From: Auanema rhodensis | Lineage: Eukaryota > Animalia > Nematoda | Length of the DNA stretch: 64,000 nucleotides | Direction of reading: 5' to 3' | Assembly (NCBI GenBank): GCA_964057225.1 | Contig: OZ059899.1 | Coordinates: forward strand, 19,158,001-19,222,000 | Shown: positions 11,601 to 24,400 of the stretch, piece after piece | How the letters are laid out: each line of letters opens with the position of its first letter | How positions within the stretch are numbered: the stretch's first letter is position 1 | Notes under the pieces: generated by a model | What the model saw: the letters and a program-made list of their open reading frames with translations, nothing else | Databases searched by the model: none | Told to the model about the DNA's origin: nothing | Position numbers and translations under genes: made by a program

Positions 11601-14600
11601 TAGACTAATATGGACATGGGGAATCTAATTTTGAAAACCGCATCTCTTTATCTTACACGTGAAGCGAGTTACATACCGAGTGCACACCACGTGTACGTTT
11701 AATTAGCATAAATTAAAGTTCACGTAAATTTCAAAGTCATGGTTACCATGCACCAATATCAGTAAAAAATTGTTTTTAGACTAATATGGACATGGGGAAT
11801 CTAATTTTAAAAAGCGCATCTTTTTATCTTTCACGTGAAGCGAGTTACATACCAAGTGCACATCACGTGTACATTTATGTAGCATAAATTAAAGTTCACG
11901 TAAATTTCAAAGTCATGGTTACCATGCACCAATATCAATAAAAATTTGTTTTTAGACTAATATGGACATGGGGAATCTAATTTTGAAAACCGCATCTCTT
12001 TATCTTTCACGTGAAGCGAGTTACATACCGAGTGCACACCACGTGTACGTTTAATTAGCATAAATTAAAGTTCACGTAAAATTCAAAGTCATGGTTACCA
12101 TGCACCAATATCAATAAAAATTTGTTTTTAGACTAATATGGACATGGGGAATCTAATTTTGAAAACCGCATCTCTTTATCTTTCACGTGAAGCGAGTTAC
12201 ATACCGAGTGCACACCACGTGTACATTTAATTAGCATAAATTAAAGTTCACGTAAATTTCAAAGTCATGGTTACCATGCACCAATATCAAAAAAAATTTG
12301 TTTTTAGACTAATATGGACATGGGGAATCTAATTTTAAAAACCGCATCTCTTTATCTTTCACGTGAAGCGAGTTACATACCAAGTGCACATCACGTGTAC
12401 GTTTAATTAGCATAAATTAAAGTTCACGTAAATTTCAAAGTCATGGTTACCATGCACCAATATCAATAAAAATTTGTTTTTAGACTAATATGGACATGGG
12501 GAATCTAATTTTGAAAACCGCATCTCTTTATCTTTCACGTGAAGCGAGTTACATACCGAGTGCACACCACGTGTACGTTTAATTAGCATAAATTAAAGTT
12601 CACGTAAATTTCAAAATCATGGTTACCATGCACCAATATCAGTAAAAAATTGTTTTTAGACTAATATGGACATGGGGAATCTAATTTTAAAAACCGCATC
12701 TCTTTATCTTTCACGTGAAGCGAGTTACATACCGAGTGCACACCACGTGTACGTTTAATTAGCATAAATTAAAGTTCACGTAAATTTCAAAGTCATGGTT
12801 ACCATGCACCAATATCAATAAAAATTTGTTTTTAGACTAATATGGACATGGGGAATCTAATTTTGAAAACCGCATCTCTTTATCTTACACGTGAAGCGAG
12901 TTACATACCGAGTGCACATCACGTGTACGTTTAATTAGCATAAATTAAAGTTCACGTAAATTTCAAAATCATGGTTACCATGCACCAATATCAGTAAAAA
13001 TTTGTTTTTAGACTAATATGGACATGGGGAATCTAATTTTGAAAACCGCATCTCTTTATCTTACACGTGAAGCGAGTTACATACCGAGTGCACACCACGT
13101 GTACGTTTAATTAGCATAAATTAAAGTTCACGTAAATTTCAAAGTCATGGTTACCATGCACCAATATCAGTAAAAAATTGTTTTTAGACTAATATGGACA
13201 TGGGGAATCTAATTTTAAAAAGCGCATCTTTTTATCTTTCACGTGAAGCGAGTTACATACCAAGTGCACATCACGTGTACATTTATGTAGCATAAATTAA
13301 AGTTCACGTAAATTTCAAAGTCATGGTTACCATGCACCCATATCAATAAAAATTTGTTTTTAGACTAATATGGACATGGGGAATCTAATTTTGAAAACCG
13401 CATCTCTTTATCTTTCACGTGAAGCGAGTTACATACCGAGTGCACACCACGTGTACGTTTAATTAGCATAAATTAAAGTTCACGTAAATTTCAAAGTCAT
13501 GGTTACCATGCACCAATATCAGTAAAAAATTGTTTTTAGACTAATATGGACATGGGGAATCTAATTTTAAAAAGCGCATCTTTTTATCTTTCACGTGAAG
13601 CGAGTTACATACCAAGTGCACATCACGTGTACATTTATGTAGCATAAATTAAAGTTCACGTAAATTTCAAAAACAATTTTTTACTGATATTGGTGCATGG
13701 TAACCATGACTTTGAATTTTACGTGAACTTTAATTTATGCTAATTAAACGTACACGTGGTGTGCACTCGGTATGTAACTCGCTTCACGTGAAAGATAAAG
13801 AGATGCGGTTTTCAAAATTAGATTCCCCATGTCCATATTAGTCTAAAAACAAATTTTTATTGATATGGGTGCATGGTAACCATGACTTTGAAATTTACGT
13901 GAACTTTAATTTATGCTACATAAATGTACACGTGATGTGCACTTGGTATGTAACTCGCTTCACGTGAAAGATAAAAAGATGCGCTTTTTAAAATTAGATT
14001 CCCCATGTCCATATTAGTCTAAAAACAATTTTTTACTGATATTGGTGCATGGTAACCATGACTTTGAAATTTACGTGAACTTTAATTTATGCTAATTAAA
14101 CGTACACGTGGTGTGCACTCGGTATGTAACTCGCTTCACGTGTAAGATAAAGAGATGCGGTTTTCAAAATTAGATTCCCCATGTCCATATTAGTCTAAAA
14201 ACAAATTTTTACTGATATTGGTGCATGGTAACCATGATTTTGAAATTTACGTGAACTTTAATTTATGCTAATTAAACGTACACGTGATGTGCACTCGGTA
14301 TGTAACTCGCTTCACGTGTAAGATAAAGAGATGCGGTTTTCAAAATTAGATTCCCCATGTCCATATTAGTCTAAAAACAAATTTTTATTGATATTGGTGC
14401 ATGGTAACCATGACTTTGAAATTTACGTGAACTTTAATTTATGCTAATTAAACGTACACGTGGTGTGCACTCGGTATGTAACTCGCTTCACGTGAAAGAT
14501 AAAGAGATGCGGTTTTTAAAATTAGATTCCCCATGTCCATATTAGTCTAAAAACAATTTTTTACTGATATTGGTGCATGGTAACCATGATTTTGAAATTT

Positions 14601-17600
14601 ACGTGAACTTTAATTTATGCTAATTAAACGTACACGTGGTGTGCACTCGGTATGTAACTCGCTTCACGTGAAAGATAAAGAGATGCGGTTTTCAAAATTA
14701 GATTCCCCATGTCCATATTAGTCTAAAAACAAATTTTTATTGATATTGGTGCATGGTAACCATGACTTTGAAATTTACGTGAACTTTAATTTATGCTAAT
14801 TAAACGTACACGTGATGTGCACTTGGTATGTAACTCGCTTCACGTGAAAGATAAAGAGATGCGGTTTTTAAAATTAGATTCCCCATGTCCATATTAGTCT
14901 AAAAACAAATTTTTTTTGATATTGGTGCATGGTAACCATGACTTTGAAATTTACGTGAACTTTAATTTATGCTAATTAAATGTACACGTGGTGTGCACTC
15001 GGTATGTAACTCGCTTCACGTGAAAGATAAAGAGATGCGGTTTTCAAAATTAGATTCCCCATGTCCATATTAGTCTAAAAACAAATTTTTATTGATATTG
15101 GTGCATGGTAACCATGACTTTGAATTTTACGTGAACTTTAATTTATGCTAATTAAACGTACACGTGGTGTGCACTCGGTATGTAACTCGCTTCACGTGAA
15201 AGATAAAGAGATGCGGTTTTCAAAATTAGATTCCCCATGTCCATATTAGTCTAAAAACAAATTTTTATTGATATTGGTGCATGGTAACCATGACTTTGAA
15301 ATTTACGTGAACTTTAATTTATGCTACATAAATGTACACGTGATGTGCACTTGGTATGTAACTCGCTTCACGTGAAAGATAAAAAGATGCGCTTTTTAAA
15401 ATTAGATTCCCCATGTCCATATTAGTCTAAAAACAATTTTTTACTGATATTGGTGCATGGTAACCATGACTTTGAAATTTACGTGAACTTTAATTTATGC
15501 TAATTAAACGTACACGTGGTGTGCACTCGGTATGTAACTCGCTTCACGTGTAAGATAAAGAGATGCGGTTTTCAAAATTAGATTCCCCATGTCCATATTA
15601 GTCTAAAAACAAATTTTTATTGATATTGGTGCATGGTAACCATGACTTTGAAATTTACGTGAACTTTAATTTATGCTAATTAAACGTACACGTGGTGTGC
15701 ACTCGGTATGTAACTCGCTTCACGTGTAAGATAAAGAGATGCGGTTTTCAAAATTAGATTCCCCATGTCCATATTAGTCTAAAAACAAATTTTTATTGAT
15801 ATTGGTGCATGGTAACCATGACTTTGAAATTTACGTGAACTTTAATTTATGCTAATTAAACGTACACGTGTTGTGCACTCGGTATGTAACTCCCTTCACG
15901 TGGAAGATAAAGAGATGCGGTTTTCAAAATTAGATTCCCCATGTCCATATTAGTCTAAAAACAATTTTTTACTGATATTGGTGCATGGTAACCATGATTT
16001 TGAAATTTACGTGAACTTTAATTTATGCTAATTAAACGTACACGTGATGTGCACTTGGTATGTAACTCGCTTCACGTGAAAGATAAAGAGATGCGGTTTT
16101 TAAAATTAGATTTCGCATGTCCATATTAGTCTAAAAACAATTTTTTACTGATATTGGTGCATGGTAACCATGATTTTGAAATTTACGTGAACTTTAATTT
16201 ATGCTAATTAAATGTACACGTGGTGTGCACTCGGTATGTAACTCGCTTCACGTGAAAGATAAAGAGATGCGGTTTTCAAAATTAGATTCCCCATGTACAT
16301 ATTAGTCTAAAAACAAATTTTTATTGATATTGGTGCATGGTAACCATGATTTTGAAATTTACGTGAACTTTAATTTATGCTAATTAAACGTACACGTGAT
16401 GTGCACTTGGTATGTAACTCGCTTCACGTGAAAGATAAAGAGATGCGGTTTTTAAAATTAGATTCCCCATGTCCATATTAGTCTAAAAACAATTTTTTAC
16501 TGATATTGGTGCATGGTAACCATGTTTTTGAAATTTACGTGAACTTTAATTTATGCTAATTAAACGTACACGTGATGTGCACTTGGTATGTAACTCGCTT
16601 CACGTGAAAGATAAAGAGATGCGGTTTTTAAAATTAGATTCCCCATGTCCATATTAGTCTAAAAACAAATTTTTTTTGATATTGGTGCATGGTAACCATG
16701 ACTTTGAAATTTACGTGAACTTTAATTTATGCTAATTAAATGTACACGTGGTGTGCACTCGGTATGTAACTCGCTTCACGTGAACGATAAAGAGATGCGG
16801 TTTTCAAAATTAGATTCCTCATGTCCATATTAGTCTAAAAACAAATTTTTATTGATATTGGTGCATGGTAACCATGATTTTGAAATTTACGTGAACTTTA
16901 ATTTATGCTAATTAAATGTACACGTGGTGTGCACTCGGTATGTAACTCGCTTCACGTGAAAGATAAAGAGATGCGGTTTTCAAAATTAGATTCCCCATGT
17001 CCATATTAGTCTAAAAACAAATTTTTATTGATATTGGTGCATGGTAACCATGACTTTGAATTTTACGTGAACTTTAATTTATGCTAATTAAACGTACACG
17101 TGGTGTGCACTCGGTATGTAACTCGCTTCACGTGAAAGATAAAGAGATGCGGTTTTCAAAATTAGATTCCCCATGTCCATATTAGTCTAAAAACAAATTT
17201 TTATTGATATGGGTGCATGGTAACCATGACTTTGAAATTTACGTGAACTTTAATTTATGCTACATAAATGTACACGTGATGTGCACTTGGTATGTAACTC
17301 GCTTCACTTGAAAGATAAAAAGATGCGCTTTTTAAAATTAGATTCCCCATGTCCATATTAGTCTAAAAACAATTTTTTACTGATATTGTTGCATGGTAAC
17401 CATGACTTTGAAATTTACGTGAACTTTAATTTATGCTAATTAAACGTACACGTGGTGTGCACTCGGTATGTAACTCGCTTCACGTGTAAGATAAAGAGAT
17501 GCGGTTTTCAAAATTAGATTCCCCATGTCAATATTAGTCTAAAAACAAATTTTTACTGATATTGGTGCATGGTAACCATGATTTTGAAATTTACGTGAAC

Positions 17601-18758
17601 TTTAATTTATGCTAATTAAACGTACACGTGATGTGCACTCGGTATGTAACTCGCTTCACGTGTAAGATAAAGAGATGCGGTTTTCAAAATTAGATTCCCC
17701 ATGTCCATATTAGTCTAAAAACAAATTTTTATTGATATTGGTGCATGGTAACCATGACTTTGAAATTTACGTGAACTTTAATTTATGCTAATTAAACGTA
17801 CACGTGATGTGCACTTGGTATGTAACTCGCTTCACGTGAAAGATAAAGAGATGCGGTTTTTAAAATTAGATTCCCCATGTCCATATTAGTCTAAAAACAA
17901 TTTTTTACTGATATTGGTGCATGGTAACCATGATTTTGAAATTTACGTGAACTTTAATTTATGCTAATTAAACGTACACGTGGTGTGCACTCGGTATGTA
18001 ACTCGCTTCACGTGAAAGATAAAGAGATGCGGTTTTCAAAATTAGATTCCCCATGTCCATATTAGTCTAAAAACAAATTTTTATTGATATTGGTGCATGG
18101 TAACCATGACTTTGAAATTTACGTGAACTTTAATTTATGCTAATTAAACGTACACGTGATGTGCACTTGGTATGTAACTCGCTTCACGTGAAAGATAAAG
18201 AGATGCGGTTTTTAAAATTAGATTCCCCATGTCCATATTAGTCTAAAAACAATTTTTTACTGATATTGGTGCATGGTAACCATGATTTTGAAATTTACGT
18301 GAACTTTAATTTATGCTAATTAAACGTACACGTGATGTGCACTTGGTATGTAACTCGCTTCACGTGAAAGATAAAGAGATGCGGTTTTTAAAATTAGATT
18401 CCCCATGTCCATATTAGTCTAAAAACAAATTTTTTTTGATATTGGTGCATGGTAACCATGACTTTGAAATTTACGTGAACTTTAATTTATGCTAATTAAA
18501 TGTACACGTGGTGTGCACTCGGTATGTAACTCGCTTCACGTGAACGATAAAGAGATGCGGTTTTCAAAATTAGATTCCTCATGTCCATATTAGTCTAAAA
18601 ACAAATTTTTATTGATATTGGTGCATGGTAACCATGATTTTGAAATTTACGTGAACTTTAATTTATGCTAATTAAATGTACACGTGGTGTGCACTCGGTA
18701 TGTAACTCGCTTCACGTGAAAGATAAAGAGATGCGGTTTTCAAAATTAGATTCCCCAT
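8624..18758. repeat. Long inverted duplication (quasi-palindrome), arms 8624-~13537 and 13669-18758
   Basis: Rare variants are mirrored with constant coordinate sums: 13339/13867 and 13063/14143 (sum 27206); 11479/15903, 10857/16525, 10074/17308, 9993/17389, 9852/17530 and 8837/18545 (sum 27382 = 27206+176). Confidence 0.93.
13661..13685. other. Orientation-switch junction 3 (- to +)
   Basis: TAAATTTC-AAA-AACAATTTTTTACTG. The reverse monomer ends at unit position ~117 and the forward monomer starts at unit position ~75, with a 3-4 bp A microhomology at 13669-13672. Confidence 0.93.
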
Positions 18759-19689
18759 GTCCATATTAGTCTAAAAACAAATTTTTATTGATATTGGTGC
18801 ATGGTAACCATGACTTTGAATTTTACGTGAACTTTAATTTATGCTAATTAAACGTACACGTGGTGTGCACTCGGTATGTAACTCGCTTCACGTGAAAGAT
18901 AAAGAGATGCGGTTTTCAAAATTAGATTCCCCATGTCCATATTAGTCTAAAAACAAATTTTTATTGATATTGGTGCATGGTAACCATGACTTTGAAATTT
19001 ACGTGAACTTTAATTTATGCTAATTAAACGTACACGTGATGTGCACTTGGTATGTAACTCGCTTCACGTGAAAGATAAAGAGATGCGGTTTTTAAAATTA
19101 GATTCCCCATGTCCATATTAGTCTAAAAACAATTTTTTACTGATATTGGTGCATGGTAACCATGATTTTGAAATTTACGTGAACTTTAATTTATGCTAAT
19201 TAAACGTACACGTGATGTGCACTTGGTATGTAACTCGCTTCACGTGAAAGATAAAGAGATGCGGTTTTTAAAATTAGATTCCCCATGTCCATATTAGTCT
19301 AAAAACAAATTTTTTTTGATATTGGTGCATGGTAACCATGACTTTGAAATTTACGTGAACTTTAATTTATGCTAATTAAATGTACACGTGGTGTGCACTC
19401 GGTATGTAACTCGCTTCACGTGAACGATAAAGAGATGCGGTTTTCAAAATTAGATTCCTCATGTCCATATTAGTCTAAAAACAAATTTTTATTGATATTG
19501 GTGCATGGTAACCATGATTTTGAAATTTACGTGAACTTTAATTTATGCTAATTAAATGTACACGTGGTGTGCACTCGGTATGTAACTCGCTTCACGTGAA
19601 AGATAAAGAGATGCGGTTTTCAAAATTAGATTCCCCATGTCCATATTAGTCTAAAAACAAATTTTTATTGATATTGGTGGATGGTAACC

Positions 19690-21450
19690 ATGACTTTGAA
19701 ATTTACGTGAACTTTAATTTATGCTACATAAATGTACACGTGATGTGCACTTGGTATGTAACTCGCTTCACGTGAAAGATAAAAAGATGCGCTTTTTAAA
19801 ATTAGATTCCCCATGTCCATATTAGTCTAAAAACAATTTTTTACTGATATTGGTGCATGGTAACCATGACTTTGAAATTTACGTGAACTTTAATTTATTC
19901 TAATTAAACGTACACGTGGTGTGCACTCGGTATGTAACTCGCTTCACGTGTAAGATAAAGAGATGCGGTTTTCAAAATTAGATTCCCCATGTCCATATTA
20001 GTCTAAAAACAAATTTTTATTGATATTGGTGCATGGTAACCATGACTTTGAAATTTACGTGAACTTTAATTTATGCTAATTAAACGTACACGTGGTGTGC
20101 ACTCGGTATGTAACTCGCTTCACGTGTAAGATAAAGAGATGCGGTTTTCAAAATTAGATTCCCCATGTCCATATTAGTCTAAAAACAAATTTTTATTGAT
20201 ATTGGTGCATGGTAACCATGACTTTGAAATTTACGTGAACTTTAATTTATGCTAATTAAACGTACACGTGTTGTGCACTCGGTATGTAACTCGCTTCACG
20301 TGAAAGATAAAGAGATGCGGTTTTTAAAATTAGATTCCCCATGTCCATATTAGTCTAAAAACAAATTTTTTTTGATATTGGTGCATGGTAACCATGACTT
20401 TGAAATTTACGTGAACTTTAATTTATGCTACATAAATGTACACGTGATGTGCACTTGGTATGTAACTCGCTTCACGTGAAAGATAAAGAGATGCGGTTTT
20501 TAAAATTAGATTCCCCATGTCCATATTAGTCTAAAAACAATTTTTTACTGATATTGGTGCATGGTAACCATGACTTTGAAATTTACGTGAACTTTAATTT
20601 ATGCTACATAAATGTACACGTGATGTGCACTTGGTATGTAACTCGCTTCACGTGAAAGATAAAAAGATGCGCTTTTTAAAATTAGATTCCCCATGTCCAT
20701 ATTAGTCTAAAAACAATTTTTTACTGATATTGGTGCATGGTAACCATGACTTTGAAATTTACGTGAACTTTAATTTATTCTAATTAAACGTACACGTGGT
20801 GTGCACTCGGTATGTAACTCGCTTCACGTGTAAGATAAAGAGATGCGGTTTTCAAAATTAGATTCCCCATGTCCATATTAGTCTAAAAACAAATTTTTAT
20901 TGATATTGGTGCATGGTAACCATGACTTTGAAATTTACGTGAACTTTAATTTATGCTAATTAAACGTACACGTGGTGTGCACTCGGTATGTAACTCGCTT
21001 CACGTGTAAGATAAAGAGATGCGGTTTTCAAAATTAGATTCCCCATGTCCATATTAGTCTAAAAACAAATTTTTATTGATATTGGTGCATGGTAACCATG
21101 ACTTTGAAATTTACGTGAACTTTAATTTATGCTAATTAAACGTACACGTGTTGTGCACTCGGTATGTAACTCGCTTCACGTGAAAGATAAAGAGATGCGG
21201 TTTTTAAAATTAGATTCCCCATGTCCATATTAGTCTAAAAACAAATTTTTTTTGATATTGGTGCATGGTAACCATGACTTTGAAATTTACGTGAACTTTA
21301 ATTTATGCTACATAAATGTACACGTGATGTGCACTTGGTATGTAACTCGCTTCACGTGAAAGATAAAGAGATGCGGTTTTTAAAATTAGATTCCCCATGT
21401 CCATATTAGTCTAAAAACAATTTTTTACTGATATTGGTGCATGGTAACCA
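19690..21450 (+). repeat. Local 5-monomer (880 bp) tandem duplication
   Basis: The private variant TTTATTC is at 19899 and 20779 (offset 880), with matching flanking monomers. Confidence 0.85.
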
Positions 21451-24400
21451 TGATTTTGAAATTTACGTGAACTTTAATTTATGCTAATTAAACGTACACG
21501 TGATGTGCACTCGGTATGTAACTCGCTTCACGTGTAAGATAAAGAGATGCGGTTTTCAAAATTAGATTCCCCATGTCCATATTAGTCTAAAAACAAATTT
21601 TTATTGATATTGGTGCATGGTAACCATGACTTTGAAATTTACGTGAACTTTAATTTATGCTAATTAAACGTACACGTGATGTGCACTTGGTATGTAACTC
21701 GCTTCACGTGAAAGATAAAGAGATGCGGTTTTTAAAATTAGATTCCCCATGTCCATATTAGTCTAAAAACAATTTTTTACTGATATTGGTGCATGGTAAC
21801 CATGATTTTGAAATTTACGTGAACTTTAATTTATGCTAATTAAACGTACACGTGGTGTGCACTCGGTATGTAACTCGCTTCACGTGAAAGATAAAGAGAT
21901 GCGGTTTTCAAAATTAGATTCCTCATGTCCATATTAGTCTAAAAACAAATTTTTATTGATATTGGTGCATGGTAACCATGATTTTGAAATTTACGTGAAC
22001 TTTAATTTATGCTAATTAAATGTACACGTGGTGTGCACTCGGTATGTAACTCGCTTCACGTGAAAGATAAAGAGATGCGGTTTTCAAAATTAGATTCCCC
22101 ATGTCCATATTAGTCTAAAAACAAATTTTTATTGATATGGGTGCATGGTAACCATGACTTTGAAATTTACGTGAACTTTAATTTATGCTACATAAATGTA
22201 CACGTGATGTGCACTTGGTATGTAACTCGCTTCACGTGAAAGATAAAAAGATGCGCTTTTTAAAATTAGATTCCCCATGTCCATATTAGTCTAAAAACAA
22301 TTTTTTACTGATATTGGTGCATGGTAACCATGACTTTGAAATTTACGTGAACTTTAATTTATGCTAATTAAACGTACACGTGGTGTGCACTCGGTATGTA
22401 ACTCGCTTCACGTGTAAGATAAAGAGATGCGGTTTTCAAAATTAGATTCCCCATGTCCATATTAGTCTAAAAACAAATTTTTATTGATATTGGTGCATGG
22501 TAACCATGATTTTGAAATTTACGTGAACTTTAATTTATGCTAATTAAATGTACACGTGGTGTGCACTCGGTATGTAACTCGCTTCACGTGAAAGATAAAG
22601 AGATGCGGTTTTCAAAATTAGATTCCCCATGTCCATATTAGTCTAAAAACAAATTTTTATTGATATTGGTGCATGGTAACCATGACTTTGAATTTTACGT
22701 GAACTTTAATTTATGCTAATTAAACGTACACGTGGTGTGCACTCGGTATGTAACTCGCTTCACGTGAAAGATAAAGAGATGCGGTTTTCAAAATTAGATT
22801 CCCCATGTCCATATTAGTCTAAAAACAAATTTTTATTGATATTGGTGCATGGTAACCATGACTTTGAAATTTACGTGAACTTTAATTTATGCTACATAAA
22901 TGTACACGTGATGTGCACTTGGTATGTAACTCGCTTCACGTGAAAGATAAAGAGATGCGGTTTTTAAAATTAGATTCCCCATGTCCATATTAGTCTAAAA
23001 ACAATTTTTTACTGATATTGGTGCATGGTAACCATGATTTTGAAATTTACGTGAACTTTAATTTATGCTAATTAAACGTACACGTGATGTGCACTTGGTA
23101 TGTAACTCGCTTCACGTGAAAGATAAAGAGATGCGGTTTTTAAAATTAGATTCCCCATGTCCATATTAGTCTAAAAACAAATTTTTTTTGATATTGGTGC
23201 ATGGTAACCATGACTTTGAAATTTACGTGAACTTTAATTTATGCTAATTAAATGTACACGTGGTGTGCACTCGGTATGTAACTCGCTTCACGTGAACGAT
23301 AAAGAGATGCGGTTTTCAAAATTAGATTCCTCATGTCCATATTAGTCTAAAAACAAATTTTTATTGATATTGGTGCATGGTAACCATGATTTTGAAATTT
23401 ACGTGAACTTTAATTTATGCTAATTAAATGTACACGTGGTGTGCACTCGGTATGTAACTCGCTTCACGTGAAAGATAAAGAGATGCGGTTTTCAAAATTA
23501 GATTCCCCATGTCCATATTAGTCTAAAAACAATTTTTTACTGATATTGGTGCATGGTAACCATGACTTTGAATTTTACGTGAACTTTAATTTATGCTAAT
23601 TAAACGTACACGTGGTGTGCACTCGGTATGTAACTCGCTTCACGTGAAAGATAAAGAGATGCGGTTTTCAAAATTAGATTCCCCATGTCCATATTAGTCT
23701 AAAAACAAATTTTTATTGATATGGGTGCATGGTAACCATGACTTTGAAATTTACGTGAACTTTAATTTATGCTACATAAATGTACACGTGATGTGCACTT
23801 GGTATGTAACTCGCTTCACGTGAAAGATAAAAAGATGCGCTTTTTAAAATTAGATTCCCCATGTCCATATTAGTCTAAAAACAATTTTTTACTGATATTG
23901 GTGCATGGTAACCATGACTTTGAAATTTACGTGAACTTTAATTTATGCTAATTAAACGTACACGTGGTGTGCACTCGGTATGTAACTCGCTTCACGTGTA
24001 AGATAAAGAGATGCGGTTTTCAAAATTAGATTCCCCATGTCCATATTAGTCTAAAAACAAATTTTTATTGATATTGGTGCATGGTAACCATGACTTTGAA
24101 ATTTACGTGAACTTTAATTTATGCTAATTAAACGTACACGTGGTGTGCACTCGGTATGTAACTTGCTTCACGTGTAAGATAAAGAGATGCGGTTTTCAAA
24201 ATTAGATTCCCCATGTCCATATTAGTCTAAAAACAATTTTTTATTGATATTGGTGCATGGTAACCATGACTTTGAAATTTACGTGAACTTTAATTTATGC
24301 TAATTAAACGTACACGTGGTGTGCACTCGGTATGTAACTCGCTTCACGTGTAAGATAAAGAGATGCGGTTTTCAAAATTAGATTCCCCATGTCCATATTA

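Larger units (their letters stand above)
6646..13671 (-). repeat. Inverted satellite block (~7.0 kb, ~40 monomers)
   Basis: Reads as the reverse complement of the monomer (e.g. ACCGCATCTCTTTATCTTTCACGTGAAGCGAGTTACATA) from CTAATTTTAAAAACC at 6646 to TAAATTTCAAA at 13671. Confidence 0.98.

Noticed and set aside
6646-13671. Simple two-break inversion or transposon-mediated insertion
   Set aside because: The breakpoints are non-reciprocal, the block duplicates flanking DNA, and no foreign sequence, terminal repeats or target-site duplication is visible.
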